Below, piece after piece: positions 38,227 through 47,074 of a DNA stretch of 47,074 nucleotides. Position numbers and translations under genes: made by a program. Position 1 is the stretch's first letter. Each line of letters opens with the position of its first letter. A model generated the notes under the pieces. The model did not search any database and was not told where the DNA came from. It saw nothing but the letters and a program-made list of their open reading frames with translations. The stretch is from an uncultured archaeon (GTDB lineage Archaea > Asgardarchaeota > Heimdallarchaeia > Heimdallarchaeales > Heimdallarchaeaceae). Location: contig CAZHRF010000021.1 of NCBI GenBank assembly GCA_964534625.1, positions 1 through 47,074 of the forward strand. The letters run 5' to 3'.

Positions 38227-39738
38227 ATGGTTAAAAATGATGATTTTAAAGTAAGAGATTTCGGACTAATGTTTTACATTTGGCTTTTACTGCTTATAGG
38301 TGCATATGTTTTAGGTATTTATGGGATCTATGATACTTATTCAAGCAGTGAAACAATTTCTAGTAATTTACTAAATTTACTAAATATTGCCACAACTATA
38401 CCCAGTAATTATATCCTATTTGTTCTAGTTATTGTACTCGGATTATTCCTTTTAGGGATCATTGTTTCCTTAATAGAAGTATGGGTTATGTCATACATAG
38501 GTGCAGAATTCATTTCAACAATAATCTTTGGAGGCACAATTGCATTAATTGGAGCTGGTGTGTATATTACATTTGTTATGAAACAAATGTTGGTAGGAAT
38601 AATAGTGCTTGGTTTATCGGTTTTTGTAGCCACAATCGTTCTACTTCTTGGAAGAAAAATAGTTTTGGGAGCAAAAATTTTTGAGATGAGTTGTGAAGCT
38701 GTAAATGAGAATAAAATTAGTTTAATCCCTGTTATGTTCCTTTCTTTTGTTTCTGCTGTTAATTTCATTCTTGGTCTCGCTGGATCGTTGTATACGGCAG
38801 TAGAATTACCAAAAACAGATTTGAACCAATGGCAACAATACTTGATTTTCTTTGGTCTGCTTTATGTGTATATCATGTTATATTGGACAATGCTTTACTT
38901 TAGTGATGCTATAAATATATGCATATTTAAAAGGTGGAATAATTACAAGAACTCAAGTTTAAGGGTAGCTATTAAAGAAGTGTTCAAAGTTAAGGGTTCA
39001 ATTGTTATGTTTGGTATGTTTATGGCTTTCTTTGACTGGATAATAAAAGTTATCCATTATTTCATGGAAAAGAAAATACGTGAGGGCACTAAATTTTACA
39101 AAGTTTGGAACGTAATAAAGAAAGTCTTGACAGTAATCTTCTTCTTGATAATTGTGTTATTTAGATGGTTATTTAGAATAATTAAGTTTTTGAATTATTA
39201 TACATTGGCAATTATTGTCGTAGACAAACAAGGGTTCTTTTATAGTATCCGTAAATCTGTGGAATTATCTACTACTAGTGCAGCAGATATCATCATAGGC
39301 AAAATTGGTGTGGGAATAGCTAAAGGTATGTTTAGCTTTATATCTTTCGCTTTCTTTGCTACGACAGGATATTTAATCGGATATCATTATATAGGACCTG
39401 AATTTGGAATAGATGTTTCTGGTACGGCTTCGGGAATATTTGGCTTCAATATGCTAACTGGTTTCTCACTTCTTTTAGCTGGAATATTTATCGCTTTTGG
39501 ATATTTCCCATCAACAGCCATTTTAAGACCAATATCAACAGCTTATAAAACCATTCTTTACTTCTACATAACAGATCCTTATAGAGGTAATCCTGGTAGA
39601 AGAAATAGGATAGATGATTCTGAAGATATTAAGCAAAGCTTATCTCGTGTCAAAGAAAATGTATTAAAAGATTATGACGAGAAATCAAGACCAACATGGT
39701 CTAAAAAAAGCAAAGAAAAATCTGAGAAAAGTTCTTAG
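38227..39738 (+). CDS. Choline transporter-like (CTL/SLC44/Pns1) multi-pass membrane protein
   Basis: About 10 TM; GSIVMFG..., FLNYYTLAIIVVDKQGFFYSIRKS.EL and STAYKTILYFY..DP resemble CTL C-terminal motifs. Confidence 0.6.
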   Translation: MVKNDDFKVRDFGLMFYIWLLLLIGAYVLGIYGIYDTYSSSETISSNLLNLLNIATTIPSNYILFVLVIVLGLFLLGIIVSLIEVWVMSYIGAEFISTIIFGGTIALIGAGVYITFVMKQMLVGIIVLGLSVFVATIVLLLGRKIVLGAKIFEMSCEAVNENKISLIPVMFLSFVSAVNFILGLAGSLYTAVELPKTDLNQWQQYLIFFGLLYVYIMLYWTMLYFSDAINICIFKRWNNYKNSSLRVAIKEVFKVKGSIVMFGMFMAFFDWIIKVIHYFMEKKIREGTKFYKVWNVIKKVLTVIFFLIIVLFRWLFRIIKFLNYYTLAIIVVDKQGFFYSIRKSVELSTTSAADIIIGKIGVGIAKGMFSFISFAFFATTGYLIGYHYIGPEFGIDVSGTASGIFGFNMLTGFSLLLAGIFIAFGYFPSTAILRPISTAYKTILYFYITDPYRGNPGRRNRIDDSEDIKQSLSRVKENVLKDYDEKSRPTWSKKSKEKSEKSS

Positions 39739-39848
39739 ATTCCCTTTTTTATATTTTCTTTTTTAATTTACATTATTTTTTAAGTTAATTTTTAATGTTA
39801 ACTAGTAACTTTTTTATGCTTGCTATTATTAGTATATATAGATATATC

Positions 39849-41102
39849 ATGTCAACAATAGGCCCAAAAAAAATAATTGGTAGTTCACGTTACAAAATTG
39901 AAATCATTCCAAAAGGAAATAAATTGACCGATAGTCTTACTGGCGAAGTGCTATTTTATGATGGTCGAAATGTTGAAAAGAAAGCACCCTTCAATACATT
40001 TGATGGACTTCTGCAAAACTTAACTTCGTATTGGGAAAGTAAGTTAGGCACAGACCTCAATACAAGACGTTTTTCATTTTGGTTAAGTGAATATTTTGAG
40101 GAAATTGGACTGGAAAACTCAAGCTATGATACAGTTAGAGCTGCAGTTTCAAATATAGGCAAAGGGATCTCCTTGGTATCTACTGGTCAAAAAATTAGAG
40201 AAGCTAAGGTTGTCTATGATTATAAGCAAGTAGTAGCTGAAAAACCAAGGAAACAAGAAAAACCCCTCCTCCCAACCATTGAACGAAGAAAGGTTGAACC
40301 TGTTGATGATACAGTAGTAAAACCGAGTCAATTATTTGAAAAGAAAGAAGAAACTGTTGTAAAAAAAGAACCTGAACCTGAACCTGAACCTATTCATGAA
40401 CGAACTACAAAAACAATTCCTAAACCATCTGTGGATAAATCCCAAAAACTGGTCAGACCTAGCGATTACAGAAAAGCAACAGAAGGTACTGAACCATTAG
40501 ATGATACACTCCTTAAGCCAAGTGAGTATCTAAAAAAGAGAGAAACAGTTTATTTTGCAGGACCACCTGAACAAGAACAAATGCAACCAACAGAAGTAGA
40601 AGAGAGTAGTAAAGATGAAACAGTTAAACCAAGCCAATTACCACCAGAAAAGAAAATTTCAACACTACTACCACCAGAAAAAATGGCAACAGTAGATCGT
40701 AAAAAAGTTACTACAGTATCAGTAAAAGAAGAGCCAAAGAAAGAAGAAAAACCGATTGTAAGGAGACTAGAAAAACCAAAGCAAGAAAAAGTAATCACTC
40801 AAGAACTACCAAAACCAACTATGCCAATCCCTTATGAAAAAGAAGTCTATGAAAAAGAGGAACCTGAGCCTGAACCCAAACCTGAACCTAAACCTGAACC
40901 TGAACCTAAAAAGGGAAAAACAAATGATCTAACTAAAATCTCTGGTATCGGTGAATCGACAGCAGAATCTCTCAAAGAGGCTGGTTTTAATACTGTAAAA
41001 GATATAGCACAAGCTAGTATTGCTGATTTAACTAAAATAAAGGGTATCGGAAAAGCTACTGCAACAAAATATATAGAAGCTGCGAAGAAAATACTAAAAT
41101 AG
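39849..41102 (+). CDS. Low-complexity P/E/K-rich protein with an N-terminal globular domain and a C-terminal tandem HhH domain
   Basis: DLTKISGIGESTAESLKEAGF..LTKIKGIGKATA; PEPK repeats; start set at MSTIGPKK. Confidence 0.75.
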   Translation: MSTIGPKKIIGSSRYKIEIIPKGNKLTDSLTGEVLFYDGRNVEKKAPFNTFDGLLQNLTSYWESKLGTDLNTRRFSFWLSEYFEEIGLENSSYDTVRAAVSNIGKGISLVSTGQKIREAKVVYDYKQVVAEKPRKQEKPLLPTIERRKVEPVDDTVVKPSQLFEKKEETVVKKEPEPEPEPIHERTTKTIPKPSVDKSQKLVRPSDYRKATEGTEPLDDTLLKPSEYLKKRETVYFAGPPEQEQMQPTEVEESSKDETVKPSQLPPEKKISTLLPPEKMATVDRKKVTTVSVKEEPKKEEKPIVRRLEKPKQEKVITQELPKPTMPIPYEKEVYEKEEPEPEPKPEPKPEPEPKKGKTNDLTKISGIGESTAESLKEAGFNTVKDIAQASIADLTKIKGIGKATATKYIEAAKKILK

Positions 41103-41172
41103 TTTCTTCTCTCAAATTTTTTTTTTAACCTGCATATTTAAATAACCTATTTTTGTATATCAATTGTTGTGT

Positions 41173-41718
41173 ATGAGTCAGGTACTGTTACAAGTGGTTG
41201 GTTTTGCCAATAGTGGTAAAACTACGCTCATAGGGAAAATTATTGATTCACTTAAAGCTAAATATACCATTAGCGTAATAAAATCTGCAAGAAATCATAG
41301 AAAGTTAGAGGAGGAAAAAGATTCATATCAACATTTAAAAAGAAGTGTCTGTGTTTCAACCGCCGTATTTTCTGATATGGTTGAATTTTCTATTAAGAAA
41401 AACCACTCGCTTACTGATATACTAAATATCCATAATACTATTTGTAATAGTGATGTTATTATAATTGAGGGATTTAAAAAAGAACACTATCCAAAAATTT
41501 TGTTATGGTCAAAAGAAGTTGACCAAAGTCTAAGTAAGTTTAATCTTGACAATCTTATAACTTGCTATCTAATGAATCCAGAACAGAATGGAGAATTAGA
41601 TGGGCAATATGATCAGTTTCTAAAAAAAACAAATTTACCTGGTTCAAAAGATTTTGAAGAGTTAATGACACATATTAAAAATAAAATTAATAAAGGTGAC
41701 CGGGGAAATGATGGATAG
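41173..41718 (+). CDS. mobB: Molybdopterin-guanine dinucleotide biosynthesis protein B-like
   Basis: QVVGFANSGKTTL, SVIK, DS..H, DVIIIEGFK..YPKI. Confidence 0.78.
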   Translation: MSQVLLQVVGFANSGKTTLIGKIIDSLKAKYTISVIKSARNHRKLEEEKDSYQHLKRSVCVSTAVFSDMVEFSIKKNHSLTDILNIHNTICNSDVIIIEGFKKEHYPKILLWSKEVDQSLSKFNLDNLITCYLMNPEQNGELDGQYDQFLKKTNLPGSKDFEELMTHIKNKINKGDRGNDG

Positions 41719-42787
41719 TCGACTTGTTAATTTATTATCTGTAGCTGAGAATAATGAGGATAAAAAAAATGTAAAGGATAAATATAGTGGAATAATTCTT
41801 GGTTGTGTTTCATTAAATGACAAAGAAATATTTCTAAATCAAACTTTGGATTTTATTTCTTATTATTGTGATGATATTGTTATATTATATAACAACGGAG
41901 ATGAACAGAAAGAAACATTACAAAATAGATATAAAAAAGTGAATTTTATAAAAAGGGAGCGAAACAAAAAAATCTATTCGTCTTTTTATTTTGACAAATT
42001 AGTCAAACTTTGTATAAATGATAAAATACTAGTCTTAGACTGTAATTATGATTACTCAAAAAATGACATTGAAATGTTAATAAATCATAATGCTTCCTTA
42101 GTGACATTGTTAGGGCAAAGTGGTAATGTAATAAGTTCTTTTATGTTGTTTGATAAATGGGCTCATAAATATTATGGCCAATTATTGAAAATTAATGCAA
42201 GAGAAAATATGGATGATTATTTGCGTCTTTCAAATGATATAGTCTATCTAAAATTGTTGGGATCTTCCAAAATCAAACCGAAAACAAATGATCAGCAACT
42301 AGATAGAAAAATGCGACAATATTTTGAGTTTAATCTAACAAGAACAAAAGACAATTTATCAATTGTAAAATATATTGCCCTATTAAACACATTAAAAGAG
42401 CAAATAGAAGACGAAGGACAAGTTTCCTCAACTTTCAAGCTACAGCAAATATTGTCGTTAAGTGAGAAATTTATCGAAACGAATAACTTGTTTCTTGCTT
42501 TTCAAGGCTTGAATTTTATTATTAAAAATCAAGGGAAAACAACAAAACTCCCACGTACAACTACTTATGATGAATTAAAAAAGAAAGCAAGAAGAATCTT
42601 GTTAGATGAATCTAGATATTACATGAAAAATAACTTGGAAAGGTTAAGATACAGAAGCTTGCAAGACGTTATTAGATATAATCTAATGAATAAACAAGAT
42701 GAACAGTGGATTAAAAATGAATTAATAAAAATAAGAGAAAATCTCAAAACAGACAATGTTATATTTCCTCTAAACGTTGTAGAGTAG
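41708..42787 (+). CDS. Hypothetical protein with a degenerate MobA/NTP-transferase-like N-terminal domain
   Basis: GIILG..., DDIVIL, KILVLDCNY pattern; overlaps mobB; lacks LAGG..RM. Confidence 0.45.
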   Translation: MMDSRLVNLLSVAENNEDKKNVKDKYSGIILGCVSLNDKEIFLNQTLDFISYYCDDIVILYNNGDEQKETLQNRYKKVNFIKRERNKKIYSSFYFDKLVKLCINDKILVLDCNYDYSKNDIEMLINHNASLVTLLGQSGNVISSFMLFDKWAHKYYGQLLKINARENMDDYLRLSNDIVYLKLLGSSKIKPKTNDQQLDRKMRQYFEFNLTRTKDNLSIVKYIALLNTLKEQIEDEGQVSSTFKLQQILSLSEKFIETNNLFLAFQGLNFIIKNQGKTTKLPRTTTYDELKKKARRILLDESRYYMKNNLERLRYRSLQDVIRYNLMNKQDEQWIKNELIKIRENLKTDNVIFPLNVVE

Positions 42788-42888
42788 TCGTCGATTGTTG
42801 AATATACTTACATCATTGTATAATATTGATGAATTGAAAATTTTCTTCCTACACAATGTTTTTTTAAATGGGTACTTATTGATATACA

Positions 42889-44322
42889 ATGCTTGAAGAA
42901 TCTAATTCCAGACTTAAAATAGCGGCAGCAAAAATTTTTATTGGTATTACTTTACCATTTTTGATAGAAGTTCTATTATATGTTACATATACTGGTCTAA
43001 GAACAAATAAAATCGATTTTTCAGTTTTTCTTATTTTTGCGTTTCTTATCATACCTATAATCTTTCTTTATCTATTGGGACCTCAAATAATATTTAAAAT
43101 AAGTTTTATTGGTATGTCAATAAGATCAAATCTCATAAAAAATTTTGATGAGTTGTTTCTTCAACCCAGATCTTTTAAGTTTAAACAAGAAGCCTTACCG
43201 CTCAATGAAATGCGCATAAAACTTTCAAAAGAGGAGAGAGGATTTTTAAAACAAAGAATCGAAGAAACGTTAATTCCTAGTGTTATAGAAGAAGCAAAAA
43301 AAGAGTATGCTGTAAAATACATTGATGGTTCACAAAAGTCTAGAAAAGAACGTATGGTTGTGTATAATGAGATTCTGTTCTTATTTAGTTTAATAAGTTC
43401 GATTTTGTTGTTTTTGAACTTTATTCTTGTGTTAATTGTCCATAAAACTTCTATAAGTTTGGATTTTATTTATATTGATCAAATCAGCAATATTGTCAAT
43501 GTAATTATTTTTAGTATCATATTCGTTATTTTATTTATCTTTACACTATTTTTACTGATATCGTCGATTAAAAAATTACGCTATTTAATACCGGCAACAG
43601 TGCCCATTATATTTTATGAACAAGAGGAAGAACGAGAAAAGAGACTCAAAAAAGTCCTAGCTATAGCTGAATTCCCTATATCCAACTTATTTGTTTATAA
43701 AACACAAAGAGAACTAGAAGATATCATAGAAGAGGCTAAGAAAACGTTACTTTTACCTCATTTAATCGATATTTTCTCGTGGCACCATAGAGATCAATTA
43801 GCAAAAGCCTTTACTTGGAATATCTATAGACAGATATTAGAAGAAACTGCTTTGTCTGAAAATAAAAAGAAATTAATCGAAAAACAGTTTAAATCCGATC
43901 CCTTTGAAGATATTGTTTCAAGTAAGATCTTAGCAGCGGATGAAGAACAAGCCATAAAAGCTGATTTAGATTATATTAGAGCGCAAATAATAGACTGGGG
44001 TTCAGTACGAAGTGAAGAACAAATATTGGCCTTTCTTCTCATCTATAGAACCATTGAAACAACATTCAGAAAAATTATTTTTGCATTATCTCCACAAAAA
44101 AGCATTGACGAGTTTAATTTTGGTATGGTAATTGATTATCTGAGAGATAAAAAATTATTAGAATACAATGAGCATTCATTCTTAAATGAAGTAAGATATA
44201 AGAGAAACGTATTATTTCATGAACCGGGAAAAAAAATAGATATTGGACAGAAAACAATGGCAAGTTTATTAGAATTAATACAGACAGTAATTGAAAGGGT
44301 TCAAAATAGGGGCTTACTATAA
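42889..44322 (+). CDS. 4-TM membrane protein with a C-terminal HEPN-like domain
   Basis: Two TM hairpins; YRTIETTFR..FGMVID.L..LL..LNEVRYKRNVLFH (Rx4H). Confidence 0.6.
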   Translation: MLEESNSRLKIAAAKIFIGITLPFLIEVLLYVTYTGLRTNKIDFSVFLIFAFLIIPIIFLYLLGPQIIFKISFIGMSIRSNLIKNFDELFLQPRSFKFKQEALPLNEMRIKLSKEERGFLKQRIEETLIPSVIEEAKKEYAVKYIDGSQKSRKERMVVYNEILFLFSLISSILLFLNFILVLIVHKTSISLDFIYIDQISNIVNVIIFSIIFVILFIFTLFLLISSIKKLRYLIPATVPIIFYEQEEEREKRLKKVLAIAEFPISNLFVYKTQRELEDIIEEAKKTLLLPHLIDIFSWHHRDQLAKAFTWNIYRQILEETALSENKKKLIEKQFKSDPFEDIVSSKILAADEEQAIKADLDYIRAQIIDWGSVRSEEQILAFLLIYRTIETTFRKIIFALSPQKSIDEFNFGMVIDYLRDKKLLEYNEHSFLNEVRYKRNVLFHEPGKKIDIGQKTMASLLELIQTVIERVQNRGLL

Positions 44323-44331
44323 GGTGAAAAA

Positions 44332-45150
44332 ATGGTTAAACCCATGTGGTCTTCAAGCAACATACCTTTTATACGAAATAATAGGCCACTTGTATTTGCT
44401 CATAGAGGAAATAGTTTTTTGTCACCGGAAAGTTCTATGTTAGCTTTTAAACAAGCATATAACCTTAAAGTTGACAGCTTAGAAGCTGATGTTAGATTAA
44501 CAAAAGATAATATACCGGTAATATTTCATGATGAGACTTTAGAACGAACTACAAATGGTGTTGGATCTGTTTATGATTATACCTATGAAGAATTACAAGA
44601 TTTTAATTTGGGATATAATCATAAAGATCCAGACACAGGACGATATGCTTTTAGGGATACAAATCTGTCAATAATAACTCTGAATGAGCTAATAAGTACT
44701 TTTAATAACATTAGAATTAATCTTGATATAAAAGACAAATTTAAACAAGCTCCAAAAATCATAGCACAGTCCATTAAGGCTCATGATTTAGAACAAAAGA
44801 TTATGGTAGGTTCATTCTATCAAAAACAAATTAATACATTTAGAGATTTATCAAACTGCCCCACTAGTGCTGGACCAAGAGAAGTATTGGCATTTTTAGC
44901 TGGTTTTGTCACAAAAAAGAAAAACTATCATGCACTTCAAGTTCCTTTAAAAGCTGGCATTGTACCTATTGTCACAAAAATGAAAATAAAAAGAGCTCAT
45001 AAGCTTCGGATAGCAGTTCACCCTTGGACAATTAACGACAGCAAAACCATGAGATATTTATTAGAAATGGGTGTTGATGGCATCTTTAGCGACTTTCCTA
45101 TTCGTTTACTAGAAATTGTTGAAGAATTTATGAAAAAAACTTCTTCTTAA
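44332..45150 (+). CDS. Glycerophosphodiester phosphodiesterase
   Basis: AHRG, PES, EADVRLTKD..VIFHD..L.RTTNG, WTIND, GVDGIFSDFP. Confidence 0.93.
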   Translation: MVKPMWSSSNIPFIRNNRPLVFAHRGNSFLSPESSMLAFKQAYNLKVDSLEADVRLTKDNIPVIFHDETLERTTNGVGSVYDYTYEELQDFNLGYNHKDPDTGRYAFRDTNLSIITLNELISTFNNIRINLDIKDKFKQAPKIIAQSIKAHDLEQKIMVGSFYQKQINTFRDLSNCPTSAGPREVLAFLAGFVTKKKNYHALQVPLKAGIVPIVTKMKIKRAHKLRIAVHPWTINDSKTMRYLLEMGVDGIFSDFPIRLLEIVEEFMKKTSS

Positions 45151-46003
45151 TCCCGTGGACAATGTCTTCTGGAATATAAACCGAACCTATCTGTCCTCTA
45201 TCCCCGTGGAAATCGCTTCCTCCAGTTATCAACAAATCCTTTTTTTTACAATAATCTAAAAGGAAATTTTTCCTCTCTTCAATTATTTTTGGTGGAATGT
45301 TTGGTTTCATATTTTTATAATCATAATATATTTCTATACCTTCTACTCCTGCCTGGATCATATCATCAAGCATTTCTTTCAGTTTATCTGTCTCTTCAGT
45401 TTCATAAATAAGTGGATGGGGCATGATGGGAGTACCATTGGCTTTTTTTATAATCTCAATAGTTTCTTTTATATTGAGTGCCTTTCTTTGTACATATCCT
45501 GGTCTTCCTCTTCCTAAGTATTTATCAAAAGCTTCTTGGATTGAATTAACATATCCCTTTTTCATTAGTGCTCTTGCAACATGTGGCCTTCCTGGGCTTT
45601 TAGTTTTTCCTAAAACAAGATTTATATCTTCATAATTGATAGACAGATCAACTTTATCTAAATTTTCTAGTATTTTACATATTCTCTCCTTACGACCTTT
45701 TTGTAAAGTATTCATTAAGTTGATAATTGATTGTGATGTCAAGTCAAAATTATATGCTAGTAATTCCATCTTTTTATTCTTATAATGAACAGTTAATTCG
45801 ATGCCTGTAAGAAATGAAAAAGGGTATCTCTCAATATGTTCAAGTACAATTTGATTGCCTTTTATAGTGTCATGATCAGTTATAGAGAAGAAATCTAAAG
45901 ATTTTTTTTTAGCCATATCTAATAATTCAATAGGTGTATTTATTCCGTCAGAATACACACTATGACTGTGTAAATCCATTTTAAGCATAGTCTGGCTCCT
46001 CAT
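45128..46003 (-). CDS. PHP-domain phosphoesterase (TrpH/YciV-like)
   Basis: DLHSHSVYSDG, ITDHDT, GIEL, GRPHVA, HP, TGGSDFHG. Confidence 0.92.
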   Translation of the reverse strand: MRSQTMLKMDLHSHSVYSDGINTPIELLDMAKKKSLDFFSITDHDTIKGNQIVLEHIERYPFSFLTGIELTVHYKNKKMELLAYNFDLTSQSIINLMNTLQKGRKERICKILENLDKVDLSINYEDINLVLGKTKSPGRPHVARALMKKGYVNSIQEAFDKYLGRGRPGYVQRKALNIKETIEIIKKANGTPIMPHPLIYETEETDKLKEMLDDMIQAGVEGIEIYYDYKNMKPNIPPKIIEERKNFLLDYCKKKDLLITGGSDFHGDRGQIGSVYIPEDIVHGIKKKFFS

Positions 46004-46611
46004 ATTTGGGTAATCGTTGTTTCAATAACTGTTTTTATAGCCTCTATAGTTAGGTCTAGACTCATAGAAGGAACCTCACTTTTCCCCATAGCTTGGTTAG
46101 GTGTAGGGGGAACGTGAATAAAACCAGCGGGGGTTGTTTTGTTTAGTTTCTCTAATCTATACATCATCTCATAAAATATTTGATTACACCCAAATGTACC
46201 TCCTGTATTGGAAATATGGGCTGGGATGTTTTTTTCGAATAGTTTTTCTAAGATATCATAGATAGGGAGAGAAGACCAATAAGCTACAGGTCCATCCTTT
46301 TCTAAAATCACATTTTCGGGTTTTGTACCACAATTGTATGCTATTCTAGCATCTGCAATATTGATGGCAACACGTTCAAGACTGATCCTATTGCGGTTTG
46401 ACTGTCCTGTACACACCATAATTTGTGGTTTTTCTTTTTCAATAATTGTTTGTATCATGGATGGAATTTTAATAAAAGACAAAGGAATTTCAAAGACTTG
46501 AATTGAATATTCATCAATTTTTACACTTTCTAAAGCTCTACAAGCTTCAATGGATGGATTTGTTTTCCATTTCCCAAATGGTTCAAATCCAGTTAATACT
46601 ACTTTATTCAT
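46000..46611 (-). CDS. pcp: Pyroglutamyl-peptidase I
   Basis: LTGFEPFG..NPS, ERVAIN, SNTGGTFGCN, GFIHVP (E/C/H triad). Confidence 0.93.
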   Translation of the reverse strand: MNKVVLTGFEPFGKWKTNPSIEACRALESVKIDEYSIQVFEIPLSFIKIPSMIQTIIEKEKPQIMVCTGQSNRNRISLERVAINIADARIAYNCGTKPENVILEKDGPVAYWSSLPIYDILEKLFEKNIPAHISNTGGTFGCNQIFYEMMYRLEKLNKTTPAGFIHVPPTPNQAMGKSEVPSMSLDLTIEAIKTVIETTITQI

Positions 46612-46743
46612 TTGTACTCAAATAAATGCACTGGTAATTTTAAAAGTTATGTAATCGGTGTTCATAAGACAATAACTAAAAGATTAACATCGAATTCTTT
46701 TTAAAATCAGAAAATGCAGTCAAATCAAGAAAGGTGTAAATAC

Positions 46744-47074
46744 ATGTCTGATAATGATATTACCAAGATAAAGGGCGTTGGCCCAAAAACAGCTGATGGT
46801 CTTAAAAAAGCTGGTTATAAAACCGTAGATCAAGTAGCAGCAGCAACTATTGATGATTTAGTTAAAATTGATGGTGTGGGTAGGGTAACTGCACGTAAAT
46901 TAATAGATAATGCAAAAGAAATTGTAGAAACAAGAGAAGAAAAAGAAGAAAAGGCTCCGATACCTTTTGAAGAAGAGGTGTATAAACCAGAGCCTAAGAA
47001 GGAACCCAAACCAGAGCCTAAACCAGAGCCTAAGAAGGAACCCAAACCAGAGCCTAAACCAGAGCCTAAGAAGG
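46744..47074 (+). CDS. Tandem-HhH protein with PEPK repeats (partial, runs off the window end)
   Basis: Translated by hand: MSDNDITKIKGVGPKTADGLKKAGYKTVDQVAAATIDDLVKIDGVGRVTARKLIDNAKEI..PIPFEEEVYKPEPKKEPKPEP; no stop before the end. Confidence 0.85.
   Translation, partial: MSDNDITKIKGVGPKTADGLKKAGYKTVDQVAAATIDDLVKIDGVGRVTARKLIDNAKEIVETREEKEEKAPIPFEEEVYKPEPKKEPKPEPKPEPKKEPKPEPKPEPKK
46984..47074 (+). repeat. Perfect 36-bp coding tandem repeat (about 2.5 copies, built from 12-bp subunits)
   Basis: aaaccagagcct-aagaaggaaccc-aaaccagagcct repeated up to the window end. Confidence 0.9.

Noticed and set aside
46830-47074. Minus-strand 71-aa GSGL-repeat ORF, or a CRISPR-like array
   Set aside because: It is the antisense of the + strand PEPK coding repeat; the units are contiguous with no unique spacers.
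1-47074. tRNA, rRNA, CRISPR array, integrase or transposase genes
   Set aside because: None recognised by eye; tRNAscan-SE, Infernal and a CRISPR finder would confirm.

Overview
AT-rich archaeal chromosomal window, most likely from an Asgard archaeon (Heimdallarchaeia-like). This assignment is inferred from an archaeal tRNA-splicing endonuclease, GGTGA/GAGGAG ribosome-binding motifs, Arf/Sar-like GTPase-longin fusions, stand-alone longin/uDENN-like proteins, a gelsolin-like domain and a choline-transporter-like protein. Positions 1-5.5 kb hold surface and membrane genes. Positions ~5.6-20.8 kb form an accessory, defence-like island: a truncated DUF1917 gene, a phosphoesterase-HhH-RNaseH fusion, a Zn-ribbon PD-(D/E)XK nuclease, an AbrB-type regulator, a type II R-M pair whose methyltransferase ends in a PCNA-binding PIP box, a PUA-like protein, an OB-like protein facing an RHH/small protein/ParB-DUF488 operon, and orphan membrane proteins. 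Positions 21-47 kb are mostly core genes. The strongest candidates for undescribed systems are (1) a coupled three-gene operon of a Sar1/Arf-like GTPase-longin, a pseudo-GTPase-longin and a longin/uDENN-gelsolin fusion, (2) a double-domain KaiC-like ATPase coupled to a CxxC thioredoxin resembling KaiB, and (3) the ParB-DUF488 module. I saw no rRNA, tRNA, CRISPR array or integrase. All family calls come from motifs read by eye; no searches were run.
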